NCBI GenBank assembly: GCA_010909165.1 | Contig: MU008158.1 | Coordinates: 645,478-709,477, forward strand | Source: Anthoceros angustus | Lineage: Eukaryota > Plantae > Anthocerotophyta | Reading direction: 5' to 3' | DNA: 64,000 nt | In this document: one piece after another, positions 1 through 13,140 of the stretch | How the letters are laid out: each line of letters starts with the position of its first letter | Position numbering within the stretch: the stretch's first letter is position 1 | The notes under the pieces: generated by a model | What the model saw: only the letters and a program-made list of their open reading frames with translations | The model's database searches: none | Told to the model about the DNA's origin: nothing | Translations under genes and position numbers: made by a program

Positions 1-752
1 CTTTGCCATTACAGAGGAATTTCGTGCCGTGAGCCAACAGTCTGGTAGAGAGGAAGTCGCGTGGTGGAGTGCTTGGTGGAGGACTCCGCAAGTGCCTAAA
101 CGAGTTGCTCCCTTGTGAATGGTTGCTGTGAAATTGCTTTGCTTTGTGTGGCAAATGCCCAGAGAACTCGGCTTGAGACTACAGTGAAAGACTGGAGGCT
201 CGCCGTGGTGTCAAACTCATAGCAACCGCCCAAGGAAGAACTTGGTGGAGGCCGACCCTGTGCAGCTGTAAGGGAGTCAAACCAAGAAGCCCGAATCGAG
301 GTTAGAATAGGAGGAAGAGGATGAGGAGATGAGAAGATGAGTAGAGGATTAGAGGTGTAGGTGTTAGTGGAAGGCCACAGTGCAGCCTAAGGGACGAATC
401 CCAAATGCAAGTAAAAGAGCGCCCCCGAGTGGAGAAGAGTGGTCTTAGAAGTAGGGACGAAATCGTGTGGACTGGGGGTCCTCGGCGCCGTGATAGGCTC
501 CTCGCCGAAGGTGGACCTGCAATCGCGTTTGTAGGTCGAGGATTGGCGATTTTTCGAGCAAAGGCAAGCGGTGCACCAGAGAGGGAGAGAGGGGCGCCTT
601 GCTTGTTTAGAAGGTCGAAGTTGTGTCTCGCAGTAGCGACTGCACACAACTTTCACACACACAAGTCTCATGGGACGAAACCCAACGACGCACTGGGATA
701 AGTGTGGCCGCTATAGTGGGAGGACCTGAGTGCCCGGGTCTTCCCTACCACA
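1..752 (+). repeat. Ty3/gypsy family A LTR (3' portion; solo or 3' LTR)
   Basis: Reverse complement of the LTR at 28025-28800 and of 11089 onward. Ends ...cccgggtcttccctaccaCA at 752, and no PBS follows. Confidence 0.85.
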
Positions 753-3700
753 ACCACCGGGCGAGTGTGGTCGCACCGCCAGTGGGCAGATCATCGGATA
801 GGTGGTCACCCACCGTGGTAGGTTGACCCCTGTGAGGGTGGGCTGTCCCTCCTGCTCTCCTCCGCGCCATCTTCCACCCTTGGCCACGGCCGCCTCCTCA
901 TCTCCTCGACTCCTGATTCCTGAGTCCATTTCTCACCGATGGCCTCATCAAAATTGAGGCCTCGGCTGCACTGCTGCAAAGACCTTTGCCATCATCATGA
1001 GGACCCAATGTCCTCCTCTGGCCAAACGCAAGATCTCATTGTTGGCCTTCAAAATCTATTGTGAGGTGAGCCCCCAAGCTATGATATTGCATTTGGAGAT
1101 CATCAACTCCGTGGGCCACTCTCCATCTTCACACCTACCTTGTAGGCGTCCTTGAGGTGGTCAATTCCCCCACCTTGACATGGAGGGTACATTTTCCTCC
1201 CTCACTTCCCTTGGGCCATCTTTGCCTCAAGGGCATAGTCCGCCCAAAATCTCGCTTTCTCACCACCATTCATGCACCACCTTCTTGTGCGCTCCTCCTC
1301 TTGGAACCTCCTTTGTTCCACTCGGCCAGCCGCTTGGCAAGTCTCTCCTTCTCCACTTGCCACCACTCTCGCCCAATTCTGCCACGATCTTGAGCTTTAG
1401 CTCCAGCTTCTCTTCCAAATTGAACCGATCCTTCGCACCTCTTCCATGTCCCGGATCTTGATGGCTTGGGTAGCCATCACTGCTCTCGCGTCCAATTGTT
1501 GGACCGCTACCTTCTCCTTCCGAGAGCCTCCGCTTTTGCCCTTTCTTGCTCTAATTGGGCAAAATGCTCCTCCGCCTGCCTCCAAGAATGCCGTTGCCCG
1601 AATGGCTCTTTCTTCGACAACCTTCCCTCGGACTTTCTCCGCCGCTCATCCATGAGGTCGTGTTGAGCTTCTCTGCCTTTCCAATTGCTTGGCTGCTCAT
1701 CGGACTCCATGGCCTCCAATTGCCATTTGGTCCCCGCCTCCTCCGGCCATGTCTTGAGGCTTTCACTTCCTCTTGGCATGCCCACAAGGAGGCTGCTCCC
1801 TAGCCCCTTCAAATCCACACGGCCGAGTGCTTCACAAGCACCCAAAGAATCTCCTAGGGGTCCTAATTCCCCTCCTTCTTTGCTGGAAATTTCCTCCGCT
1901 GGACCATCGGCGCGGTCCCTCACCGCCGCTCCATCCGCCTCCTCCCTGCGGGAGAGGTGGCCTCGCCCCACGGCCGCTTCTTCTCCTTTCCCTTCCCACC
2001 TCCGTGAGGCCCGCCTAGGGGTGCTCACCATGTGGGGGCCCCTCCGGTAGTCCGCCTACCTACCATGGTAGGTCGATCTACCACGAGTCCGCCCACCCCT
2101 TGGTAGCGCCTCTCACCGGGGTCATGGGTGCCTCCCTCTAGGCACAAATGAGATGGTGGGACTCCCCACCCTTGGGGGTCACACCCTCCCGTGGTAGTCC
2201 TCCTCTCATAGACTACCACCGCCTTCTCGGCCGCCTCGCTCCTCTCCCTCTTGCTCTGGGGGAAAGATTCCCACCCCGCAACCTTGTTGCCTCACATCCT
2301 TCTCCCTCTTCCTAGCATGCTTGTGGAGGTCCGCCCCACCCTTTCTTCCTCAATGCAAAGGCAAAGGCCTTTCCAAGCGGTTGGAGATGGATTATCTCAA
2401 GGATGCCAAGCATCTTCCAACTCCTTGCTTGTGAGAAGCCCTCCGCTTTCCCACAAATGCACCAAATAGGTGCATGGCAAGGCCCTTCCTCATCCACCGA
2501 ATTTGGCTTGAGGAGCTTTCTATGGTGGATGTAGGCCTCATACATGATGGTCCCCAACTGCTTGGCTCCCATGGAAATCTTCCACAAAAATTGGAGGAAG
2601 TTGCTGAAATAAGAAGTTGGTAATTCACCAACCCCAACACAATCTTGCAAAGAGCCTCCACTCTCCTTGATGCTCTCGCTTTCCAGCCATTCTTGGCGTC
2701 CTACCTCCATCCATCATGTCAAGGAACTCTGCGAATTCGAGAGGCCCTCTTCCTCCATTCGACCTTTCGAGGAGAGCACCGAGCTCTCCTCCTCTCCCAT
2801 ACACTGCCTAATGCTTGACGGCCCAAATGGGATCCTCGAGCATTCCTTCGAAGCTCGATTGATGGAGGTTGATGAAACACTCCTCAATCAATTCCAAATT
2901 GGTGTAGGCCCATTGGCCATACACCCATCCCAATTGGATGTTATCTTCCGCCACGAATCCACTAAATCGGGGTTGAGCTGCAAAACACGTGAATTGGGGC
3001 ATTAGCTCTCCCCTCGGCGGCCTGCCGCCTTCTTCTTCTTCCTCCTCGAGGAAGAACCCTGTGCTCCTTCCCTTGCTTTTCCATCGAGGCATGGTGCTTG
3101 GCTCTCCGCTTCAAAAGGAAGGAAATTACTTCCCAAGGAGAGCTTAAAATTCACACTCTCACCTCTTCCTTGGTGGTAGCACGCCTCAGACACGCGGCCC
3201 GGTTGAATCTTCCAGCCGCCAATTCCTCTGTCTGCGCCGGTGAAGTCCCCTTCCGCTTGACCTTCTCACCCCACACGCGCGCCTATTCCGCCTAAGCTGG
3301 CTCGCCCCTTTGCCAGCGGCTCCTCAGCCCGAGCTCAAAACCCACGCCCTGATGTGGATGCCTCCTTCCGCCTCCACCACGCTATGGGGTCTCTTTCGCT
3401 GCCTCCTTTGGCGATGAAATGATGGCGATGGCATTCTCCTTCCTCTTCTCCTCTCCTTACGCCCAACTCATGGCCGGCGGAGGAGGAGCTAAAGCACTTT
3501 GCCCTCCTTAGATGTCCGCCACCCGAGGCCTCAGAACCCTAGATTGGGTTTCATTTCCTAACCCTATTTTTCTATTTCCTACCCTATGCATATCCCCTAA
3601 TAATTATGTGGATATCTCCCCCACCGTGGTAGCTCACCTAGTCCACCACATGGTAGTCTCCTTTTCACTAATGTGGTGGCACTACTACGCCACCCTACCG
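753..3700 (-). mobile_element. Family A 3' internal region with decayed extra coiled-coil ORF (about 3010 to 1150)
   Basis: Frameshifted peptides MPQFT..EDNIQLGWVYGQWAYTNLELIEEC, KIVLGLVNYQ..NFLQFLWKI and KWQLEAMESDE..MATQAIKIRDMEE. Homologous to 12596-13140, 39925-41420 and 63157-64000. Confidence 0.8.
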
Positions 3701-3709
3701 CCTTTCTGA

Positions 3710-4240
3710 CCATCTTCAACACCGCTAACAGGTTCAAGCTTCCGATTCTCGAATGTCAACTGGGTGCATCATACTACGCCCTCGAGCTTGCATTCGTCTG
3801 CTGCCATTGAATCTGGACGGCAAGGTGGATTCTAATTTTCTGCAATGGCTTTCACCTCACCGCTCCATTGATTGTGTACCCGGAACTCGTAACGCAATTT
3901 TGGCTCCTCAATGGGTCACAGCCATATCCTCGCACATCCCGAGAGGGTCCGCCAGATCGGGAAATTTCTGCAACAACGGAGAGCGACTCGTGAGCTACAT
4001 CAAGGAAGGTGATGCACGTAGTCCCACGCTTCTACCCGCACGGCCCGGAAACGAAGGTTTGGAATGGATTGCCTTCCACACCATGCAGACCAAGTCAGCT
4101 CTAGCCAATTTGATGCTTCCACCATTATCAGGCCGACCCACCATTATCCGGTCACCTAACGCCTCCCCGAACTCGCCCCTGCTCGTGCCTTCATGAGGTT
4201 CCCAGACATCCGCTACAGAACATCCCTTGAGGAAGAGTGA
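3710..4240 (+). pseudogene. 11S globulin/legumin-like cupin, C-terminal cupin domain relic
   Basis: Across frameshifts: IFNTANRFKLPILECQLGAS..., RNAILAPQWVTAISSHIPRGSAR, NNGERLV.YIKEGD..VVPRFYP, GNEGLEWIAFHT and LPELAPARAF. These match the legumin second-cupin consensus (LPIL..LQLSA, RNAIxAPHW..RGSAR, GNEGFEWVAFKT, LPEEVLANAF). Confidence 0.75.
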
Positions 4241-5049
4241 CATCCGCCCCTCCGTAATGCTTTTTTGGGTTTGATTTCCTAAATTCTCGGTGCCGTGATT
4301 TAGCACTCACCGTGTGTGCGTGAAGCCTTCGCATGAGCGCCAAGATCATCGTCATTTCGCGCCCGCTTGATTGGATATCACCATGAGATTGTAGCAGCTG
4401 CCCATGTTGAGATGACCTCAAGCTTGCTTGAGCTTGTGCGCTTGGAAGTTGAGAGCGAATGCTGAAGCGAATGATGGTTCTAGAGGTTTGCCAGGTCACC
4501 GGTTCTGAGTGTCCATCCTTTACATAACCACGTATACATCTGTTCCTTATGACTGTTTCAATAAAATTTTATGTAGAAGGCCGAGTCTTCGATCATCTTC
4601 CCATACATGAACCGCTCCGCAACAACGATGACCACCAAAATGTGCCGCCTTGTCCAGGCCGCTGGTAGGTTGAAGCCATGTTTCTGCTCGTGATGTCCGG
4701 GTGGGAGCCACACGGTGCAGCGACGTGAGGCGGGTCACCGGAGCCCAAGACCCGCCCATGGCGATGGCTGCCTCAAGCACGCAACGCACTAACTTCCCTG
4801 CAATGATGCCCCAGCCTTAAAATCTGTGTGTGTACAGAGCTCTTCTTCCCAGCCATGGCAACAACTTGTAGGTCTTATCCTCTCTCCGCTGTCGTGATTT
4901 GGTTTCCTTGGGCCCACAGTGCGGTACTAGAAAGAGAAAGAGAGTGTCTGGATAGCAATGCCGTACCAGACTTGCCATCGCCTCCAAGTCGACGCGTCTC
5001 GGCCCCACTCGCCCTCACGCCTGTGGAACACGACGCCGGGCGCATGACG

Positions 5050-6265
5050 CCCAGAATCTGCTTCGGCCTAACGCCTCGTGCTCGGCCGTGACGCCCTCCG
5101 CTCCCTAACTACAACAACCCCATTGCTCGGTTTCCCAGGCCCAACCGACGAAGTTCCCACATGCATTTTTATCCTCCTGGGGCTCCTTTCATCGTTGATT
5201 TCGGTTTGAGTAGGCGGTGACCCATGAGAATAATCCCTAGTTCGAGCGCTTGTTGAGATTCGCACACCTCCATGCCCTCTTGGGTGATTTCCCATGAATC
5301 CACCTCCTCTCTTGCAAGTCTTCTTCAAACTTGTCCCGAAGGCATCTCCTTCCTTGCCCTCTAGCATCCACCTCCTAGGGCCTTCTCCTCGCGCCCCATG
5401 GCGCTCGGCTTGGCCACCAAGTGTGGGCGCCTTCCTCTCGCTCAAAAGCATCTCATGTCCATGGTTGCCTTTGCCAACGCTGGTGGCCTCCACTTGCAGC
5501 CCTTGACTGCTCACCCTTGAGGAGCATTCCAGCCTCCTCCTCGCCATGCGCCCATCCTATTTCGGATTTCAGTCCTCACAGCCTTTTCCTCGCACAACGC
5601 CCCTTCTTGCTCATTTGGCCTCTCTGTGGCACAAGATGGCGTGATCCATCTACTCCATGGCTTCTCCCCGCCTCTGCACGCCTTCCTCAGCCCGTCTGCA
5701 TGCTCCTCCTAATCGACTGATTTCTCCATTCCCGCTGGTCTAGCCTCTAGGTCCACTCGCCCCATGGCGACCTCCTCGCCTTGTTGCACCTCCATGGTCT
5801 TGAGTGATTCCCGCCTCCCTTGCAAGTCTTCAAACTTGTCAGGCATCCTCCTGCCCTCAGCGTCCACCTCCCTAGGGCCTTCTCCTCGCCCCATGGCGCT
5901 GGCTTCCCAAGTGTGGTCTTCCTTCGCTCAAAGCTCATGTCCGCTTTGCGCCTTTGCCAACGTGTGGCCTCCACTTGCAGCCCTCCCGACGCTCACCCTT
6001 GAGGAGCATTCCAGCCTCCTCCTCGCGCCATGCTGGCGATCCATCTCTCTCAGATTGTCCTGCAGCCTTTTCCTCGCACAACGCCCTTCTTGCTCATTTG
6101 GCCTCTCTGCAACAAGACTTGCTGATCAATTCTAGGCCGTCTACAACATGCTCACGTCCTCCTTCGACCTGGCCGCTGGCAACCAACTCCTCGTCAGAAA
6201 TCGGCCATCGTGGCCTCAAGTCGCTTCGCTCCAGAGAAATGAAATCAGATTCGATGTTGTTTCCG
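5050..6265 (-). mobile_element. Fragment of family B gag-region sequence with an internal duplication
   Basis: Strong similarity to 58850-59400. The segments at about 5310-5640 and 5820-6120 are copies of each other. Confidence 0.7.
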
Positions 6266-6269
6266 GCCT

Positions 6270-7450
6270 AGTCTCCACGTAGTCAAATTGCAGAATACCC
6301 ATCCGGCAATCCTTCCCGACAACCGCTTGTTGACAAGATACTTCAACGCAAAATGGTCAACATGAAACCTTGCAAGCAAGCGATAGTGTCTAAACTTCTT
6401 ACAGAGTAAATGATACCAAGACCCTCCCTCGTGGTTGAGTAGTTCTTCAGATCCGTGAGCCGTCACCAAGAAAAATCGGATGATCCTGTTTCTTCTCGCC
6501 TTCCGCTTAAGACGGTCCCAATGGCATACACATCCACGATACATGAACGCTTCTCTGGCGGTTGTAACGTTGGTGCGCTCACCAAAAAGCCTCGCCTTGC
6601 ATTGGTCCATTCGGGTGTATCCTTCTTGGTCAATTGTGTCAACAAGGCGCCTTCTTGGCGAAATCCTTGATGAACCTCCTGACCTACCAGTCCTACAAAA
6701 GCTCGCACTCTCACCGCTTGGGTCCCATCTCAATAATCGTTTTCTCCTTATCTACCGCAATCTGTGAGACTCGATGTGCAAGCAAAAAATGCCCTCCGTC
6801 ATGCCAAAATAACACTTCCCGGATGAAGTTTCATGTTCGACTCGACTTCTCAAAACATTGCCTCAAATGGTCTAGATGTCTCCTCCCAAACACGCAAATC
6901 ATCCAGAATACCTCCATGAACTTTCTCGAAAATCTGAATATCGCTCACCACTGGAAAGTGGCGGGCATTGCACAACCCGAAAGGGAGCTTGAATAAGTAA
7001 GCCCCCAACCGCCAGAACGTTGTCTTGTCCTCGATCCTCCTTCCGAAAAATTTGATTGTACCTTAATACCCGCCCAAGAAATCAGACATCTCATGTCCGG
7101 CCATCCGTGTCCAAAGACACCGTCCATGAAAGGTAAAGGGTGATGATCCTTCTTCGCTTCATTGAGCTTCCCGAAATCTTGACACCCGAACCTTTCCCTG
7201 GTACAATCACGATGTACACCCACTCACCGTGAGCACCGGATAAATTACCCCACCTTATTGGTCGAGCTGATCCTTAACAACCATGGAATACTTGGGATTC
7301 ATGTATTGCTTGATCCTCACCGAGTGTTGCCCTCCTTCAAGTCGATTCGATGTATCCCGCCTTCCTAGATTCCCGCCATGTCAAGAATCTTGAAGGCAAA
7401 CACATCGACATACTCCCTAAGCACCCTACGAAACTCTTCTTTCTACCTGC
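6270..7450 (-). pseudogene. Ty3/gypsy reverse transcriptase and RNase H remnant (family A)
   Basis: DFGKLNEAKKDHHPLPFMD, MPATFQ, VDVYAIGTVLS and KKFRHY..HVDHFALKYLVNK..SGRIAGW. Truncated before the integrase. Confidence 0.85.
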
Positions 7451-7859
7451 CTCTAGATACCTAGAAACCTTTACCCCTTGGTGGGTTCTAACCTAAGTTT
7501 CACCTGGGCCGGGGTCTACATAATGCCTCCCAACACACCGCACTAGTTCCGCATCCTCCTCGTGAAAATCACGATCATAGGCCCACCTCTCCAAAAGGCT
7601 ACTCCTTCTCTATGTGCCTCGTCTTCTGACTCTTCTGCGACATCCTCTACATGTAAGCAGGAATACACCAAATCACTTTATTTCGGTGACCTCGACTGAA
7701 GGTCCCCGGTAAGCTTGGTCACTGCCCGAGGAGCTTACCCCCGTGCTACCTGAGGTGTACCCATCAGACTGGAGCGCAGAGTCCCCCTCATAAGGAGCCT
7801 TGCTCCATGACACAAAAGCGACCTCAGCAGGCCCTATCCTATTGGACTTAAACGTGATG

Positions 7860-8180
7860 CCGCTTCGACCAAAATCAAAGACACATGCAGTACCATACAA
7901 CCAAGGTCTGCCTATCAAAACCTTGTAGCCTAAATACATGGCCGTCAGATAACAATGTAAGTAAGATGGAAGGTGAGACCCCAAATCACGCTTGGTACGC
8001 TTCAACACTCCCAATGGCTTCCTTCTTGTTTGCCTACCATCCGCAAAATACCTTGCCGTGGAAACTTTCGTAAACCCTAAGTTGATGAGCTGCTCCTCCG
8101 TCATCGTTGACTCGATCCCGAATCCAATGGGCACATTGGGCACCAAGCATCCCGCAATTTCAACCTCAATCTCGGTGCCC
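7860..8180 (-). pseudogene. Retroviral-type aspartic protease remnant (family A)
   Basis: EIEVEIAGCLVPNVPI(D)xG...FADG..RKPLGVLK...YKVLIGRPWL. Confidence 0.75.
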
Positions 8181-8399
8181 CTAAATCAACAAGTTCCGAC
8201 CACACACTTCCACCGCCGCTTCTCGCCTAACCGCCTCGGGATTCCCTCGACAGCTTCCTTCACAATTTTAAGGGATCTCTTGACCACCGCTACAATCAGT
8301 CGACCACACCATATTAAGCAATGTAAGGGCCAAATAAACGGGAGATCTTATCCCATGGTTTTCTCCGCTTGCGTTCTCGGCATCAGCCCACTGCCGACC

Positions 8400-10900
8400 T
8401 CATTGGTAACTCCCCGAATCCATGGTCCCTTCCTCACTGGTGGGACCTATACCCGCATGGATTAACGATTGCCCGCACCTTCTTCTTCGTATGCCGGGTG
8501 AGTTTACTCACCTCCTCCAAAGATTGCCGCCACTGCTGTCGACATCGGGAGGGAAGGCGTCCGCTCCTCCCTTCCTCGGCCCTTCTTCGCCCGCCTACCA
8601 ATACCGCCTGCACCATCAGGGTGCCGACCAATGGGAATCTGCCTCCTGCTTCTGCGCTAGGGTGGGCCTGCCCTTTCTCCTCCTTTCAAGGCCGACGCCT
8701 CGCATCTCGGGATCGGCCAAGGTGAGGCCCCTCACCTCCTCCTCTTTACAATCGGATCATGCTCATATTCCGCCCACCTTTAGCACACAGTGCGTGCGTG
8801 GGGGTCACCTAATCGTGGTTTCGTGGCTGGTCGCCGCCACAGTTCGTGAACCGACCATCGTGGCCGGTGGGATCACTCGCCACACCCCCCGATCTTATAC
8901 CCCATACTTCCCACCTTGCATGCACTGACAAGGGCACACATAACAACCTAATTATCGAGGTTACCGGGCAATCATTCGAGTAGTGACCCCGGTGTCCATG
9001 GTAATTATAACAGCAACATCTTGTGGGATGGCCATCGGCCTTTGTGATGAATCCGGCGATGTCCATAGTCTGGCGATGTTGGTGGCGATGTTGATCCCAT
9101 ACCTTGAGAGGAATCGGTGTAAGGTTGTGTAGGCTCGCCCTGGATTGAGATTGGGGTGGCCGACTTCCAGTGTTTGCTTGCCAGGACCGTAAGCTTCATC
9201 CACATACTGTAGCTCCTGCATGACTCAGCATGTCCACATGGCTTAAAGCGATGTTCACGGCGTGTGGCAGCGCTAATACATTCCACCTGTTGGTGTGCCC
9301 TGTTTGATGACAAATGACTGAGGTGAGCAGTATACCAGCTATCTTGCCGGTTGCAGTGAGGGAGATCTCCATGGAGCTTGATTCTTCAAGCCTTGACTTC
9401 TAGCTTTCAGGTCAATCTCTTGGTTAAAGCTCCACTTGTCTTGTCGACAAAGAATCCCGCCTCCATCATGGCAAACGCGTTCTCCTTCTCCATCCGGGGC
9501 AACCGTTTTCCCTTTCCTCTCCTTCTCTCTAGCACTGCTTCACTCTTCTCTAGCACGGCTCCGCCTTCTTTCACCTTTCTTGGACCGAGTCCTTCTTCAT
9601 TCGCCACTTTCTGTAGGGCCTTTTTCTCACGATTCCTCGTCGTCCGATGTGGAGCTTTCTTGAGTCTCCGTCTCACTTCTCGATGAGGATGAAGGCGACG
9701 AGCTGAGGAGGTGAGGAAGACGAGGAGCTCGATCGCCTCGATCCTTTCCTCTTTCTTATGACTTTGCCTCTTCTTCCTCCTTCCTCAACTCGGCAGATTC
9801 CATTCCTCGCCACCCAATTCGGAGGCCCCGCCAACGCCTTAGTCCCACGCCCTGTAGTGTACCCATTTTTCGGACAATCCGCCACAAACCAATCCACGCT
9901 TGCTCTTGGAGTACCTGCAGGTGGGTGGATCCCCCCCTCGTACACTTCTAACTCGATCCGATATCCATAGAACCTTCCACATAATCGAATAGGATTCTCT
10001 CTTTCCTGGAGGGTCCTGGCCAGAGTATGGTGCGAATCTCACTTCGAACCATTCAAGAAGGTCCTTGAGAGCTTCCCAACTCCATGCCACCGTGGTGCGA
10101 CTCATACCATTGTTGGCGGCATGCCCTCTCAAAGAGTCCAGAAAGATGCGCAATGACCCACGACTCCATCTTCCAAATTAGGCGTGGAGACATGCTCAAA
10201 GTTCTCACAAACGCGCTATCTCCTTCTTCTCGCCAAATTTGACGATCACATGCATCAGGAGTCAGCCCTCCTCCGCCGCTCCACCTATGTTGCTCGTCCT
10301 TTACCGTTCCGCTACTCGTGCTTCTTCCTCGGTGGACCTGTAGAAATCGATCGGGGCCTGGGTGTTGAAATTCAACAGAGAGAAGCCCCTCGTGTGGTCC
10401 GTCCCCAAAAGATTGAGCGAGTGATACGATCGAGGCTCGTACCAAATCCTCCACCAGCCCGAAACTCCTCACCTCGATGACCACTGGCCGCCGGCTACCG
10501 AGGGTTGATGGATTCACCGTCACGAAGGTCCAAAGTGGAAATTCCGCGACGATCGTGGAGTGCGGGTCGCGCTCGCGGGAGGATGTCTCCTCCTCACTCC
10601 TCGACACCAACACTTCCTCCACAGCCTCCTTCCTCTTGCTATCAGTGAGCTCCACCCTTTCTTCTTCCGATTCGTCCGTCCGTTGACCACCGTCGCCTCC
10701 TTGGTGCGTCGCGGAAGGGATGGCCTTCCTTTCGACGCTCTGCTCAGCCCCCGACGGTGACGACAGCAGCAATTTCTTCTCTCAAACGATTCCTCCGTGA
10801 AGCTCGCAGGTCTCTCGCAGTGACAGGTGGGGGCGACCTTCCATGTTCCTCTTATGGGGTCTTCCCCTTACCAACATCTGCAAGCATCCTCATGTCCTCC
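8400..10900 (-). pseudogene. gag remnant with several zinc knuckles (family A)
   Basis: Retrotrans_gag-like IFLDSLRGHAA..WEALKD..EWF. Degenerate CCHC motifs near 9880 (VADCPK) and 8960-9020 (CYNYHGHRGHYSNDCP). Confidence 0.7.
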
Positions 10901-11072
10901 AACCCACATTTGTTAAGAAGGAAGCAACCCACACCCTTTAGTGTCTCATCCGTTCACCCCTATGACAACTAGAGGGCGTGAAGCCCCTTCTTTACAACAT
11001 ATGGACACTTCTCAGTCCTTTCTCAAGCATTCATACTAGCAAGGAAACCACAAACTTCAAACTTTCAAGAAT

Positions 11073-11085
11073 AAGTCTCGCGCCA
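11073..11085 (-). promoter_or_regulatory. Primer-binding site of the family A element
   Basis: TGGCGCGAGACTT lies 3 nt downstream of the LTR terminus ...CA. The cognate tRNA was not assigned. Confidence 0.6.
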
Positions 11086-11088
11086 AAA

Positions 11089-11670
11089 TGTGGGAGGGAA
11101 AACCCCGGGGCTTCCGAGGCTTCCCTTCCGCCACACTTATCCCAGCCGTCAGACGCTGGGTTTCGGCCCCATGAGACTCGTGGTGAAAGTTTGAGGTCTT
11201 GTGGATAACCGATCACACCGCAGTGACACACTTCTCACCTTCTAAACAAGCAAGCCTCCTCTACTCTCCTCTTACAGAAATGCCGTGACCGGCATTGCTT
11301 CCTCGAAAATCGCCAATTCTCAACCTACAACGACACGACACAATTGCAAGTCCCGCTAGTGCAGGAGCCCACTGGGCGCCAAGGACCTCCGATCCGGTCA
11401 ACGCAATTTTGTCCCTTAATTCTAAGACCAATCTTCCACTCGAGGGAGCGCCTTTACTTGTGATTTGGGATTCATTCCCTTAGGCCTCGCCTGTGGCCTT
11501 CCACTAACGCCTACACTTCTAATCCTCTACTCATCTTCTCATCCTCTTCCTCCTATTCTAACCTCGCCATTTATCATGTCGCCCTTTACCAAGACAATCA
11601 ACGTCCTCCACCAAGAAGTTCTTCCTGGGCGGCTTCTATGAGTTGACACGCATACGAGAACCTCCAGACC
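11089..11670 (-). repeat. Family A 5' LTR (truncated)
   Basis: Begins TGTGGGAGGGAAAACCCCGGG on the + strand and is homologous to 28025 onward. Confidence 0.8.
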
Positions 11671-11699
11671 AAGGCGTATCATGTACGATTTGTAGATCT

Positions 11700-13140
11700 C
11701 GCTTATAAAGGGAATTAGAATAGGGGAATATCCACTATATATGCCCACCAATAGGGGAATAAATATATGGAGTAATTAGAAAGCGATTAATTAGGGATAG
11801 CGAGCAGAATAGGAAAATAGGCAGTTTAGATAGGATTAGGATTTCGGAATGATGAACCAAATCTAGGGTGGTGCAGCCTCCACGTGGCAGTCATCCAAAG
11901 AGGGCAAAGTGCAGTTTTGGGCAGTGCTCCCTCCACTTCGCGAAGAGCAAGAGCTAGAGCTAGAGCTAGAGCTGGAGCTGGAGTTGGAGCGTAAAACGCA
12001 GAAGGAAGGAAGGCTACCATCGCTGCGGGAAGAGAAGCTGCCATCACCGCGAGCAAGCTGAGAGCGAGGCGGAGACTGCGCGCGCTCCATCGAGGAGGGA
12101 CCGGACCCAATCGCGAGGCGCGAGCGACCGGTGGAAGGAAAAAGCGCGGAGTGCCACGAACGAGAAGGGGAGCTCTCCACGCGCCCCGGGTCACTGGAGA
12201 AGGAGGTGCAGAGCGAGAGCCAAGAAGGTGGAGCACTCGAGGTGCTGTGGCTGTAGAATTGAGGACAGGAAGGGCGTTGTGAACAATTGGTGGCTGCGCC
12301 CTGCCGTGGAGGAAGGACCACGGAGAGGAGGTTGGCAGCAGCTGGAGAACTCAAGCCGTGTCGTGGTGTCATAGGGGAGTGTTGTCGCTACAACAAGGAA
12401 GGGGGTGCTTTAGGTGTGGAATTCTTGAAGCTCTCAACGAGAGTGATTCCCTTCCTCAGCACTTGGAGAAGGGAAAGGCATCATGCCTCGTGGAAAAAGG
12501 CAAGGGGAAGGAACCACCGCCATGGGCCCTCTCGGTGAGGGGGAAAGGAAGAAGGCGGCAGTGAGGTCGCGCCGCCAGAGGGGGGCGTAGTCGAGATGCC
12601 CCAATTTACGCGTGCTTTGCCGCAGCTCAACCCCGTGAATTTGGTCGATTTCCTAATGGGCGTAGAGGATAACATCTGGGATGGGTGTATGGCCGCCAAT
12701 GGCCTACACCAATTTGGAATTGATTGAGGAGTGTTATATCAACCCATCAACCTAGGAAGCCTTGCCACCAGCCGGAGAGGAATGTTTTGACTGACACACC
12801 GGACATCTGGAGCATCTGACAAGGTATGGAGACCGAGGAGGAAGCTTTCAGAATTGCTCTCTCGAGAGGACAAATGGAGGAAGAGGATTGTCTCTCGAGA
12901 TTCCGCAGAAGTCCTCGACATGATGGGATTTGAGGAGGAAGGCTCACGCCAAGAATGGCTAGAAGACGGACAGCATCAAGGAGTTGAAGTGGAGGCTCTT
13001 TGCTAAGATTGTATTGGGGTTGGTGAATTATCAGCGGACTTCCTATTTTGGCACCAACTTCCTGCAATTTTTGTGGAAGATTCCGAGAGGAGCCAAGCCG
13101 AATTGGGGCATGTGGACAACGGACTCTCCTTGGGGTCAGG
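11700..13140 (+). mobile_element. Family A fragment, upstream region and 5' part of the extra ORF
   Basis: MPQFTRALPQLNPVNL..., LFAKIVLGLVNYQRTSYFGTNFLQFLWKI. Inverse of 2500-3650. Confidence 0.8.

Noticed and set aside
302-3295. Numerous short overlapping ORFs here and throughout the ORF track
   Set aside because: They are shadow frames of GC-rich LTR or TE sequence with no independent coding signal.
11945-11992. GAGCTA/GAGCTG hexamer run
   Set aside because: A simple microsatellite within retroelement sequence.
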